Source: an uncultured bacterium
GTDB lineage: Bacteria; CSSED10-310; CAZUFC01
Direction of reading: 5' to 3'
Length of the DNA: 64,000 nucleotides
Assembly: GCA_964619725.1 (NCBI GenBank)
Contig: CAZUFC010000003.1
Location: 78,423 to 142,422, forward strand
The notes under the pieces were generated by a model that worked only from the letters and a program-made list of their open reading frames with translations, was not told the DNA's origin and did no database searches. Numbering within the stretch: position 1 is the first letter of the stretch; every line of letters starts with the position of its first letter. A program made the position numbers and the translations under genes. Of the stretch, positions 1 to 9,467 are shown piece after piece.

Positions 1-183
1 TCGAGGAAATTTTTCCTTGTCCTGGTAATCGCCTTTGTTTAGAAGAAAGTCGAGAGCTTCCTTCCCGTCTTTTACGCAAAAGAAATTTATGGAGGACTTG
101 AAGCCGCGCAATAAAGACATTTTTATCAAGGTGATGTGATCCAGATTGTCCTCTATCAGGAGCAACTTATGCCGCTGCATCAT
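1..183 (-). CDS. Response regulator receiver domain protein (N-terminal part; continues beyond window start)
   Basis: Manual translation gives MMQRHKLLLIEDNLDHITLIKMSL...VKDGKEALDFL...KFPR, the receiver start (LLIEDN acidic pocket, DGxEALDFL). GAGGAG RBS precedes the ATG at 183, and the gene lies just downstream of a histidine kinase. Not in the ORF track because it is truncated. Confidence 0.85.
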   Translation of the reverse strand, partial: MMQRHKLLLIEDNLDHITLIKMSLLRGFKSSINFFCVKDGKEALDFLLNKGDYQDKEKFPR

Positions 184-325
184 TATTCTCCTCAACCTTT
201 CAGTTCATGGTGAAAAAGTGTCATCATGCTTCCTTTATGAATTTACATAATATCGAAGAAAAAACAAAGATTTTTCCAACTATTTCGGAAATTTTTTTCC
301 AGAAGCTATTTCTACGATGAAAAAA

Positions 326-2311
326 CTATCCGTAGGTCCTTTGAAAACTCACCACAAAGCGAGAGCCTCCTTTTTTAGGGGTATGGAGCTGGATATCGGC
401 GTGATGCAAATCCAATATTTTTTGAACGAAATTCAATCCCATACCGGTTTTTCCCCGGGATGGGTCAAGTCTTTGGAACGCTTGAAAAACCTTTTCGTGA
501 TATTCATCAGGAATGCCCTGTCCGTTGTCTTCCACCCAGAGCTGGTAACTGTTTTCTGAGAGCCCGGCCCCGATGAGGATTCTGGGTTTTTCTGTTTCGC
601 CCATGTGAATGCAGGAGTTTTCGATAAGATGAAAAAGCACTTTATAGATGCGGTTTTTCTCGCCGTTTATAAAATTAAATTTTCCGCGCTTTTCAAAGCT
701 TATTCCGGGATATTTATCTTTGAATTCTCTGAGAAGACGATCGACCATCTCGTTCAAATCAATAACCTGGCGTTTTTCCCGGACGGTGCTGATCCTGTAA
801 TATTCCGCCAGGTCTCTGACCACATTGTTGATATGACCTAAATTATACCGGATGCGATCGGAAAGAAAAGCAGCGTCAGCATCATTCTCCATTTCGACGT
901 GGTCGAAAAACATATGGATCAATCCGTCCAGAGAAACCAGAGGATTTTTCAAATCGTGGGAAATTCCCGATATAAAATCTTCTAATTCTTTATTTTTTGC
1001 CTTTATCAAAACCCTGCTTTCGCTCAACTTGTCGCTTAAACCGTTAATTTCCTTCAGGTAAGATTTTATTTCATGACGCGAATCATTTAATTTTTTTTGC
1101 GTTGAAAAAAAACGTTCCAGGGCCCAGCTTTCAACATAAGCCATTCCGATTATCGGCGTCAGTTTTCCCAAAAAATTGAGCTGTTCTTTCGTAAGCTTTT
1201 CGGGGCCCGGCTGGATCAATATGCACATTCTTATGTCGTCCGATTTATGCCACGGCTGTAACGCAAGTCTCGGCATACTTTCATCCGCTCGATCTTCTTC
1301 AGTTTCTCCATTTTTATTGACTGCCGGTTCCTGTATAAGTTGCAGGGAGTCCATGCCAAGTCCGAAAGCAGCCTTTTCCAGGAGAAACTCTCTGGTTGAT
1401 CCGTCCAGCGAATTTATCTCACGCTTGTTGGCGCATTGAAGAGGTTCCTGGCCGTACCTGAAGAAAATCATGACTCTTTTCGCCCGAAAAAATCGCTTGA
1501 GATATTCAGAAGCATATATTGCCCGGGCGCTAGCCGGATTCCTTTTAAGAAGATTTCTGACCAGGTGCAGAGTTTCCGATAATTCTTTCCCCTTTTCCTT
1601 CAGGCCCTCTTCAACATCTCCCGCTTCCTCAGGCGTTCCTATACACAGTATACTCACGTCATTCTCATCAACGGCCGTTCGAAAAAACCATTTCACCATC
1701 TTCGTGGTATCATCGCCTTGCATCATCGGCAGCGTTATTTGTACCGTTTCATCAGCTTCAGTGTTCCAGAGTCTTCGCAGAGGAATATTAGGAATTATTT
1801 TTCTGACGGTTTCGTTTCTCAGACGCTCATTCGTCCAGTTCCCCGATTCAAGAAAATAGTTGTTCCAGTAACTGATTTTATTCGGTTTTTTGATTACAAG
1901 GATCGGTTCGGGTATCTGGTCCCAATATGTCCTGAAGAAGTCTGTTTTTCTTTTAAAAAAGTCTATCTTGCGTTTGTTGATTCTGTCGCGCTTTATTTTT
2001 TCTTTTAAATTTTTCTGAATGATGAGAGTGCCGAGATAATAGAAGATCAGCCGAAAAAGAGCCGGAAGGAAGAATTCCAGGTATACGTTTACATTCGGGC
2101 GGCGTAATGCAGAATTGATTGAATATCCCGACCACGAAAGATCGAAAATTATCAATATGAAAAGAAAAAGAAAATAAGAGCGATAAAGTTTTCTGTCAGA
2201 ACTCGTTGTCGGAACGAAACCGCGACTCAGCCTTAGAATGAATCGTCCCAGGCAGATCAGGATTCCGACATAAGAAAGAATAAGAAAAGCAAGAGGAAAC
2301 AAAATATTCAT
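326..2311 (-). CDS. Membrane sensor histidine kinase (about 3 TM, PAS-like, GAF-like, HisKA, HATPase)
   Basis: H-box ISHDLKNPL, N-box LIENS, G1 VEDNGQGI, F-box VFQAFQRL, G2 GMGLNFV; hydrophobic N-terminal helices. Confidence 0.9.
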   Translation of the reverse strand: MNILFPLAFLILSYVGILICLGRFILRLSRGFVPTTSSDRKLYRSYFLFLFILIIFDLSWSGYSINSALRRPNVNVYLEFFLPALFRLIFYYLGTLIIQKNLKEKIKRDRINKRKIDFFKRKTDFFRTYWDQIPEPILVIKKPNKISYWNNYFLESGNWTNERLRNETVRKIIPNIPLRRLWNTEADETVQITLPMMQGDDTTKMVKWFFRTAVDENDVSILCIGTPEEAGDVEEGLKEKGKELSETLHLVRNLLKRNPASARAIYASEYLKRFFRAKRVMIFFRYGQEPLQCANKREINSLDGSTREFLLEKAAFGLGMDSLQLIQEPAVNKNGETEEDRADESMPRLALQPWHKSDDIRMCILIQPGPEKLTKEQLNFLGKLTPIIGMAYVESWALERFFSTQKKLNDSRHEIKSYLKEINGLSDKLSESRVLIKAKNKELEDFISGISHDLKNPLVSLDGLIHMFFDHVEMENDADAAFLSDRIRYNLGHINNVVRDLAEYYRISTVREKRQVIDLNEMVDRLLREFKDKYPGISFEKRGKFNFINGEKNRIYKVLFHLIENSCIHMGETEKPRILIGAGLSENSYQLWVEDNGQGIPDEYHEKVFQAFQRLDPSRGKTGMGLNFVQKILDLHHADIQLHTPKKGGSRFVVSFQRTYG

Positions 2312-2459
2312 TTTTGATGCGACTCTATATCTGAATATTGCAAAAGGCTGCGCTTGCCCGGAGGCTATGATTTTCTAGCGTATTTCGAATGTTCCTGGGA
2401 ACTTTTTGAAACCGATTGCCCGCGCAATTTTAACGCTGAGACGACAGCATAAAATAGGT

Positions 2460-3452
2460 TTATTCCGCTTCCGCAGCCACCGTCGCCGCACTTTTCTGGA
2501 TTCGTTGAGAAAACCACCCGCCCGTATAGCCGTCAAGCGCCGCTGTGAGTTCCTCTATCTTTAATTCATTCTTTATCCTGACTTCCAAACGCGCTCCGGG
2601 GTTCATGATAACGTCGATCAGTATCCGCTTCCTGTCAAAATAAAGTTTCGTAACTTCTTCGAGTATATCTTCCCTTAACTCAACCAGGTCTTCTGATTCA
2701 TTCGCTACCCGAAGCATATCGGAGTTGAACACAAAATCGTCCAAATCCCAGGTGAACTGAAATTGCAGTTCCCAATCGTCATCCGTATCTTCTCTCTTAG
2801 TAATATCGTCGGGTCCGATTACGACATTTCCCGTACTGGACGAGATGCTGATGTTAGTGCGTCTTTGATATGAGCGGTCCATTTCCGTGTCGCGGTCCAG
2901 GGTAAACTTGAACCTGGGAAGCAGCGCTTTGTTTTTTGAATTCCGGTACCAGCGACGAATGCGAGACGGATCAATATCGGCATATCTCAGGACAGCGCGA
3001 TGCACTTCGTCTATACCCGGTTCACCCTCAAAATGCTGAAAAACTTCTTCCAGGGTCATTTGAGGTTCAGGCGTGGGCATTGGAAGAACTTCTTTTTCCT
3101 CCATGGAAGGTTCATAAGGTTCCGCTTCCGCTTCCTCTTTCTCCTCCATTTCAGGCTTCTTTTCAGCCTCAGCAGCAGGCTCGCCGGCAGTGATTAACTC
3201 CCTGAGTTTTTCGAGCGTTTTTTCTCCTATCCCTGGTACATCTGTCAGTTGTTCTATACTGCTGAACGCCCCGTGTTCCTGTCTGTAATTGATTATTTTT
3301 TGCGCAGTCGCAGGTCCTATCCCGGGTAAAGTGGTAAGTTCCTCAATCCCCGCCGTGTTTATATTCACCGCTCCGTAAGTTGAACTGACAGCAAAAATGA
3401 TAATCATCGAAAAAAGCAGATTTGCAATTCCAACGAGTCGGCTATGCTTCAT
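2460..3452 (-). CDS. Exported ComEA-type helix-hairpin-helix DNA-binding domain fused to a C-terminal TolC/OEP-like half-repeat
   Basis: Signal peptide, then the classic ComEA HhH core VNINTAGIEELTTLPGIGPATAQKIINYR...VPGIGEKTLEKL. An E/P-rich linker leads to a C-terminal region paralogous to that of 3547-5157. Confidence 0.8.
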   Translation of the reverse strand: MKHSRLVGIANLLFSMIIIFAVSSTYGAVNINTAGIEELTTLPGIGPATAQKIINYRQEHGAFSSIEQLTDVPGIGEKTLEKLRELITAGEPAAEAEKKPEMEEKEEAEAEPYEPSMEEKEVLPMPTPEPQMTLEEVFQHFEGEPGIDEVHRAVLRYADIDPSRIRRWYRNSKNKALLPRFKFTLDRDTEMDRSYQRRTNISISSSTGNVVIGPDDITKREDTDDDWELQFQFTWDLDDFVFNSDMLRVANESEDLVELREDILEEVTKLYFDRKRILIDVIMNPGARLEVRIKNELKIEELTAALDGYTGGWFSQRIQKSAATVAAEAE

Positions 3453-3546
3453 GACTAGCTACTCTCCTTTCAAAAAAAAACGGCCATAGCTTTTATTTTG
3501 CGATTCCGGAAATGTGCTGAGAACCGAAATCCTTTCATTACTTGTA

Positions 3547-5157
3547 TTATTCATTAACATTGACGTAACTCGAAAAAAAGCCCCCTGTCAAGTTATCGAT
3601 TCGAGCTGAAGTTTCCTCAATTTCTAAAGCCAGCAGAATCCGTTCTTCCATCGAAATAGTTTTTTCGTTTTCCTTGTAAGAGGTTATAAGTTTTTTCCTT
3701 TCGCTGTATAGCTGAAGAACAGTTGCTGAAATTTCACGTTCTCTGTCCGATAAATGCCTTATCAACTTTGCAGTCCGGGGTAAATCCCTGTTGAAAAGCA
3801 ATTCGCCCGGATTCCATACCAGGCTGACCTGAAAACTATATGCTTCCTGCTCCGTTTCGTCATAGTCGATTTGATCAGGGCCCAGGACCACTGTTCCATC
3901 GCTGGAAATCCCCAGACTGTTTTCTATGCTGAGCGATTTTGTTTTTTTATCGCTGTAGTCAAAAGTAATCTTTAATGAGGGGAGATAGCGGCTTCTCGAC
4001 GCGTTTTTCAGCCAGCGACGGTTTTTGTTCGGAGATAAATCATAGAACTGGAGCGCCGCCATCTGAATTTGCCTGCCTGAAGGTTCTTCGAAAGCTGTTT
4101 CGTCGTTTTCCGGCAACCTGGAGGAAAAGAATCTCGTTTTTGTATTGACGAGCCTCTCTTCTCGAAACTGGAAAATTCCTCGATTCGTCGCAGCCAATAT
4201 ATGTTCATCGGCTTTAAAGGCGAGGTCGTTTATTGTAATTCCACGGTCGATTTTCGTTGTGACCGACCATTCTCCTTTTTTAGCATCATATGAGTAAATT
4301 TCACCTTTATCCGTGACTGCCGCCACGCCCAGACTCTCAGAATCAGCATGCAATGACTGAAGGCAATTCAAGCCGGCAATCCGGTTCCACGTCGAACCTT
4401 GGTCCCCGGAGTAAAAAACATCACCGTCAGATGCCGCCAGATAGTAGTTCTCCTTCAGACAATCGAACGCTTTTATTTCATCCATTCCCAGGTCCTGAGC
4501 ATACAATATCCTTTCGAAACTCAGATGCGGACGCTCCGTTCTGTATAGTCCTTCAGAAGTGACGATAAGAATTTCGCCTTTTTCTCTATGAGCTATAATC
4601 CTGTGAAATTTCTCCCGCTCGGAAAACCGGATTAGCGGACGCCTTATATTTTCTTCACCGGTCATTATCTCCCAGGCTTCTCTCCCGTTCGCCGCTAATA
4701 AAGACGTTCCCGATACGATCAAAATGTCGCTTATGCTTTTTTCCCTCGCTGTTTCCCGCGCCCAGGTCACTCCCATATCGCTGCTCATGATAATGCCTTT
4801 GTCCGTCACGCAACACAAAAGTCCGGAATCCGGATCGAAAGAATATGAAACCGGCTTCGCACACACTGATGCATCCTCCCCAGGATAGACAACCCTCCAT
4901 TTCATATCCCCGGACGCGCTCATTAACACTCTGTCACGCGTTAACGCAATTATGATTTCTTCGTCACCATGACGGATCATCTCAAGCGACAGCATTTCCC
5001 GCACAAAAAAACCGGGAGTTCTGGAACTCCAGGAAGATTGCGCTTTATCGACGATCCCGTTCGACGAAAGGATAAAAACCAGGGAAAAAATGAAAATAAC
5101 GCGGCGAAATAAACATGATATCCTGAAAAAATTCAAAATACTAATTGGATGATCCAT
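3547..5157 (-). CDS. Exported BNR/Asp-box beta-propeller protein with C-terminal TolC/OEP-like half-repeat
   Basis: Asp-box motifs SSDMGVTW and SGDQGSTW, plus the propeller motif ILAATNRGIF. The C-terminal LPSLKITF...VSLVWN...VLQLYSER...IDNLTGGFFS aligns by eye with 2460-3452. Confidence 0.7.
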   Translation of the reverse strand: MDHPISILNFFRISCLFRRVIFIFSLVFILSSNGIVDKAQSSWSSRTPGFFVREMLSLEMIRHGDEEIIIALTRDRVLMSASGDMKWRVVYPGEDASVCAKPVSYSFDPDSGLLCCVTDKGIIMSSDMGVTWARETAREKSISDILIVSGTSLLAANGREAWEIMTGEENIRRPLIRFSEREKFHRIIAHREKGEILIVTSEGLYRTERPHLSFERILYAQDLGMDEIKAFDCLKENYYLAASDGDVFYSGDQGSTWNRIAGLNCLQSLHADSESLGVAAVTDKGEIYSYDAKKGEWSVTTKIDRGITINDLAFKADEHILAATNRGIFQFREERLVNTKTRFFSSRLPENDETAFEEPSGRQIQMAALQFYDLSPNKNRRWLKNASRSRYLPSLKITFDYSDKKTKSLSIENSLGISSDGTVVLGPDQIDYDETEQEAYSFQVSLVWNPGELLFNRDLPRTAKLIRHLSDREREISATVLQLYSERKKLITSYKENEKTISMEERILLALEIEETSARIDNLTGGFFSSYVNVNE

Positions 5158-5199
5158 TCGTATTGGTCCCGGTGTTGCTAAGGGTAACTAACATTACTA

Positions 5200-5229
5200 A
5201 AACTAACATTTTAATCCATTAAATGTCAA
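5200..5229 (-). promoter_or_regulatory. Putative sigma70 promoter for the propeller/ComEA-fusion pair
   Basis: Minus strand TTGACA-N18-TAGTTT with an extended TG; overlapped by the AACTAACATT direct repeat. Confidence 0.5.
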
Positions 5230-5289
5230 GACTCGAAAAAAAGTTCCGCGTTGCCGTCGGGAGCAGTGCGGTAATGAAGCTGAAGATGT

Positions 5290-6930
5290 TTATGGGTAAT
5301 AAGTTTGAGGCGGATAAGGCGAATCGGTCTGGTCCTGCAAGGCTGGAGTCTGTGGATAAGGCGCATGAATTATTTTTTCTTTTTCAGAGCGTGATTCGCC
5401 TTCACTTACGACTCTTATCGCGGCCCTTGTTTTAAGCGGGCATTTATTTTCACAGATTCCGCACCCGATACAGCGATCATATTCGACCTCAGGCAGAAAC
5501 AGAGTTTTTTTTCTACCGTTTCTCAGAACGATTTCGTCTTTTTTAAACCAGATGGCTTTCGGCGAAACGGGACAGTGTTCCTCGCATACGATGCAGGGAA
5601 TCCCCCGGGCGTATGGTATGCAAATATTTTTATCAATAAAGGCTTTGCCGATAATGTTTTTTTTCTTTTCTTCCTTCGTAAGGGACTGAAGTGCGCCGGT
5701 GGGGCAAATTTGCCCGCAAAGGGTGCAATTATATTCGCAATACCCGATACGCGGCACCAGAATGGGCGTCCAAATTCCTCGAATTCCGGCATCGATCAGA
5801 GAGGGTTGAACGGCATTGGTGGGACAAATTTTCATGCAGGCGCCGCAACGAATGCATATATCCAGAAATTTTTCTTCTTCAAGCGCTCCCGGAGGCCTGA
5901 TGCGTTTAGGCTGGATTTCTTTTCCTGCTATTTTTTCGCTGAGGAAAAAACTCAGCAGAAAAGATGATGCGACGGAAACGAGGAAAGAACGTTTGGTCAG
6001 GTCAATAGGGTGGACTTTGGATTTCCATGGAGGCGTCAGACGGAATTTTACCGCATCATCGGGACATGCGGCATTGCAGTCCATACACATGAAACATTCC
6101 GAAGGCCTCCATGCTTCCTCTCCTGATCCCGGTTCAGCTCCGCTCATGCAGGGGGATTCGCATAACCCGCATTTTCTGCAATTGGTTTTTTCAACCCGCC
6201 TGAGCCAGCTCCATCTGGAAAAAAGACCCAACAAGGCGCCGAGAGGACAGATGAAACGGCACCAGAACCTGGGTATGACGAAATTGAGGCCGGCCAGGAT
6301 AAGAAAGAACAGAAGAAGAATCCAGGAAAATCTGAACAGAGGCTGATGAAAAGAAAGATAATGATCTTTCAGGAAGCTGTATGCAGGTTCCGAGATGCCG
6401 GTTATTAGGCCTATGTCGGTTTCATAGAGAGCATCGAAGAAAGCCCTGAAGCCGTAATTTATCATCGGGTTGACTGCGACGGTTAATGACCTGAGAAAAA
6501 TGCTTATCGGATCAAATATTCCGACGATTGAGGTAGAAAAAAACGCGGTGATCAGGAGGAACGCAAGAAAATAATATTTGAATTTTTGCGTCGGCCTGTA
6601 ACTCGCCGCCGATTTCTTGTTCCGGGTTTTCTCCGCTATAAACGAAATGCCGTGGAAAGTCGTACCGAGGGGACAAATCCATCCGCAAAAAATCCGCCCC
6701 AGAAAAAGAGTGACAAGAATAAGAAAAAGAGAGAGAAAAACGCCGGGGATGAGGAAATCCGCAACGCGGTGCAGGCTTATAACGGAAGAAAACAGAACCA
6801 GAGGATTTAGTTGCGGGAGCAGTTCTATCGATATGCCGAGTTGATCGTTTCCCCGATATTCTGCGCCGGCGAATAAAAGAATGAAAAGTATGAGAAAAAG
6901 GATTTGGGAAGCAAGCCTGAGACGAGCCAT
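5290..6930 (-). CDS. Membrane polyferredoxin (NapH/MauN-like membrane domain plus NapG/MauM-like 4Fe-4S domains)
   Basis: GRIFCGWICPLG and RFWCRFICPLG membrane motifs, many CxxCxxCxxxCP clusters, and IRPPGA. Confidence 0.85.
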   Translation of the reverse strand: MARLRLASQILFLILFILLFAGAEYRGNDQLGISIELLPQLNPLVLFSSVISLHRVADFLIPGVFLSLFLILVTLFLGRIFCGWICPLGTTFHGISFIAEKTRNKKSAASYRPTQKFKYYFLAFLLITAFFSTSIVGIFDPISIFLRSLTVAVNPMINYGFRAFFDALYETDIGLITGISEPAYSFLKDHYLSFHQPLFRFSWILLLFFLILAGLNFVIPRFWCRFICPLGALLGLFSRWSWLRRVEKTNCRKCGLCESPCMSGAEPGSGEEAWRPSECFMCMDCNAACPDDAVKFRLTPPWKSKVHPIDLTKRSFLVSVASSFLLSFFLSEKIAGKEIQPKRIRPPGALEEEKFLDICIRCGACMKICPTNAVQPSLIDAGIRGIWTPILVPRIGYCEYNCTLCGQICPTGALQSLTKEEKKKNIIGKAFIDKNICIPYARGIPCIVCEEHCPVSPKAIWFKKDEIVLRNGRKKTLFLPEVEYDRCIGCGICENKCPLKTRAAIRVVSEGESRSEKEKIIHAPYPQTPALQDQTDSPYPPQTYYP

Positions 6931-7865
6931 TATGAATTGATTTTAATATCCTTGAAGTTCATGTCCCTGAAGTCGGTTTTTCCGTAGCCTCTTTTTTCAG
7001 CAATTTGCAAATACTCAGGCATGGAAGATTTGTCTGAAAAAAGTTCTGTTCCGCAGGCGTCGACGGCAATCTGATCCGTTCCGGCGACAAGCGTAGTCGC
7101 TTTTTTGACGTCCGATTCGTTTCCCCCCGTAGGACCGTTTCGGAAAAGTATGCGGTAGGCATCCAGAATGGTCAGAGCGGGTTTGAAATATCCGGCAAGG
7201 TCTGCCAGACAGTGATCCATATTACGATGAAGATAGCCGCGATTTCCGCCCAGAACGCCCATCCAGTTTTTGACGGCCATGGTCAAACCGGCCAGGGAAT
7301 GATGCTTGGCGATGGGCACGTTGATGACTTTATCCGCCTCGATTATTTCTTTATAAACAGGCCATTTCGATAAACACGTTCCGCTGAAGTCAACCTCGGC
7401 GTATTTTCTGTCGTCGACATAGGAAACTTCTCCGTCAACCTTCTTCACGGCATCGGCGATCCCGCTCGAGCTGTAACACCTTCTTGCGTCCATGCATGTC
7501 CTGTCGAAAACTTTGACTTTTCGCGCCCCCGCCTCGTAAGCCGCTTCCACCACCGCTGCAGTCAGTATCGGATTAGTATTTGCCGCCTGTTCCGGCGTCC
7601 TGTCCCAGCCGATGTTGGGCTTCACTACCACTATATCGCCCCGCTTGACGAACCTTCCCATTCCGCCTAATTCCGACAGCGTTCGAGCAAGCAGCTTCTT
7701 TATGGAATCCTCACCGGAAACTCGGACGATTTGAACCCCTGAAAGTCCACTCCCGGCTTTTCCCTGTGCCAAGGAATTTCCAATATCGAAAATCAAAGGA
7801 TAAGCCGCGCAGCCGCAACCTATCGCCGCCAATTTCCGTAAAGCATCGCGTCGGGTTATATCCAT
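6930..7865 (-). CDS. DUF362 domain protein with Tat-like signal
   Basis: TRRDAL twin-arginine leader; VVVKPNIGWDR...NTNP, INVPIAKHH, KNWMG. Its stop overlaps the polyferredoxin start (TAATG). Confidence 0.85.
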   Translation of the reverse strand: MDITRRDALRKLAAIGCGCAAYPLIFDIGNSLAQGKAGSGLSGVQIVRVSGEDSIKKLLARTLSELGGMGRFVKRGDIVVVKPNIGWDRTPEQAANTNPILTAAVVEAAYEAGARKVKVFDRTCMDARRCYSSSGIADAVKKVDGEVSYVDDRKYAEVDFSGTCLSKWPVYKEIIEADKVINVPIAKHHSLAGLTMAVKNWMGVLGGNRGYLHRNMDHCLADLAGYFKPALTILDAYRILFRNGPTGGNESDVKKATTLVAGTDQIAVDACGTELFSDKSSMPEYLQIAEKRGYGKTDFRDMNFKDIKINS

Positions 7866-8159
7866 TTTTTTTCTCCCTTTTGAGATTTTGTCGTTCTTAA
7901 CGCCGGCTCATGCCGTCCAACATCTACTTGTACTAGCAGAAACAACGCAAAAAATGAAGCCGATTCCTTCCTGCCCACGGCTCATGTCCCGCTCCGGCTT
8001 TTATGAACTCCCTTTTCAGTGTCGGACATGCTTCCAGGGAGACTCCACGTTTCTTGACTTCCCGCAGGAAATCCTGTAAAAACAAAGCAGAAGTGGGTGG
8101 AGAATCGCCGGATTCTTTGCAGTCGAAGCGAAGTAGGAATTTAAGGAGATAAAAGATTC

Positions 8160-9401
8160 ATGAGCAGGAAAAATGAGGGTTATACTCGATGTTCTTTTTG
8201 CGGAAAAACAAAGGATCAAGTTCGCAAGATGCTGGCAGGGCCTACAGTTTGCATCTGTAATGAATGCATTCAGCTTTGTTATGAAATAGTCTATCAGGAT
8301 GAATTGAATAATAAAGATTCTATTCCTGAAACGCATGTCCTTCCGAAACCGATAGAAATAAAAAATTTTCTGGATCAATACGTCATCGGGCAGGAAAAAG
8401 CCAAACGAATTCTGTCTGTCGCTGTTCATAATCATTACAAACGGATAGAAGCGAATTACAATTGCGGGGACGTCGAACTTGAAAAAAGCAATATCATGCT
8501 GATCGGACCTTCCGGAAGCGGAAAAACCCTTCTGGCTCAATGCCTGGCAAAAATATTGGATGTCCCTTTCGCCATAGCCGATGCCACAACCCTTACCGAA
8601 GCGGGTTATGTGGGCGAAGACGTCGAAACCATTCTGCTGAAATTGATACAATCTGCCGGAGGCAATATCGCACGAGCTGAAAAAGGGATTATTTATGTAG
8701 ATGAAATTGATAAAGTAAGCAGGAAAAGCGAAAACGTTTCCATTACGCGAGACGTTTCCGGAGAAGGCGTTCAGCAGGCTCTGTTAAAAATTATCGAGGG
8801 AACGATGGCTTCCGTTCCGCCTCAGGGAGGCAGAAAGCACCCCCACCAGGAAACTTACCAGATCAATACCGCCAATATACTTTTCATCGTCGGCGGCGCT
8901 TTCTGCTCACTCGATAAAATAATAGAAAAGAGGATCAATACAAAGGTTATGGGATTCGGCGCCGATATTCAAAGTAAAACGGACAGGCCGCTGGGGGCTG
9001 TTTTAGCCCATGTGCAGCCCCAGGACCTTATCCAATACGGATTGATCCCGGAATTCGTGGGTCGCGTACCCATAATTGCGCCGTTGCATGAGCTGACGGA
9101 ATTGAATTTAGTGCAGATATTGAAAGAACCCAAAAATTCCCTGGTGAAACAATATGAAAAATTATTCGACTTCGAAAACGTCAAACTGAAATTTACCCAG
9201 GAGGCTCTCATGGAAATAGCCAAGGAAGCCCACAAAAGGGACCTGGGGGCCAGAGGTTTGAAGGCGGTGATGGAAGAAGTTATGCTGGATATTATGTTTG
9301 AATTGCCGTCAAAGGAATTAGTCGATACCTGCCTTATCAACAAGGGCGTGATCAATGGCGAAGAAAAACCGATCCTTGAATATAAACACGCTGCGGGATA
9401 A
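8160..9401 (+). CDS. clpX: ATP-dependent Clp protease ATP-binding subunit ClpX
   Basis: CSFCGK...CNEC zinc finger, [42 protein letters not shown] loop. Confidence 0.98.
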   Translation: MSRKNEGYTRCSFCGKTKDQVRKMLAGPTVCICNECIQLCYEIVYQDELNNKDSIPETHVLPKPIEIKNFLDQYVIGQEKAKRILSVAVHNHYKRIEANYNCGDVELEKSNIMLIGPSGSGKTLLAQCLAKILDVPFAIADATTLTEAGYVGEDVETILLKLIQSAGGNIARAEKGIIYVDEIDKVSRKSENVSITRDVSGEGVQQALLKIIEGTMASVPPQGGRKHPHQETYQINTANILFIVGGAFCSLDKIIEKRINTKVMGFGADIQSKTDRPLGAVLAHVQPQDLIQYGLIPEFVGRVPIIAPLHELTELNLVQILKEPKNSLVKQYEKLFDFENVKLKFTQEALMEIAKEAHKRDLGARGLKAVMEEVMLDIMFELPSKELVDTCLINKGVINGEEKPILEYKHAAG

Positions 9402-9420
9402 TTCGGGTTAAAAAGTAAAA

Positions 9421-9458
9421 AAAAAGACCTGCGATTGAAGAATCGCAGGTCTTTTTTT
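9421..9458. terminator. Bidirectional intrinsic terminator between convergent clpX and secreted protein gene
   Basis: AAAAAGACCTGCGATT-GAAG-AATCGCAGGTCTTTTT, a perfect hairpin flanked by A and T tracts. Confidence 0.9.
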
Positions 9459-9467
9459 ATCGGCTTA

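Noticed and set aside
8016-8651. 211-aa antisense ORF over clpX, and similar shadow ORFs (19879-20451, 23407-23946, 49516-50091, 59973-60497)
   Set aside because: They overlap well-supported genes and have no motifs.
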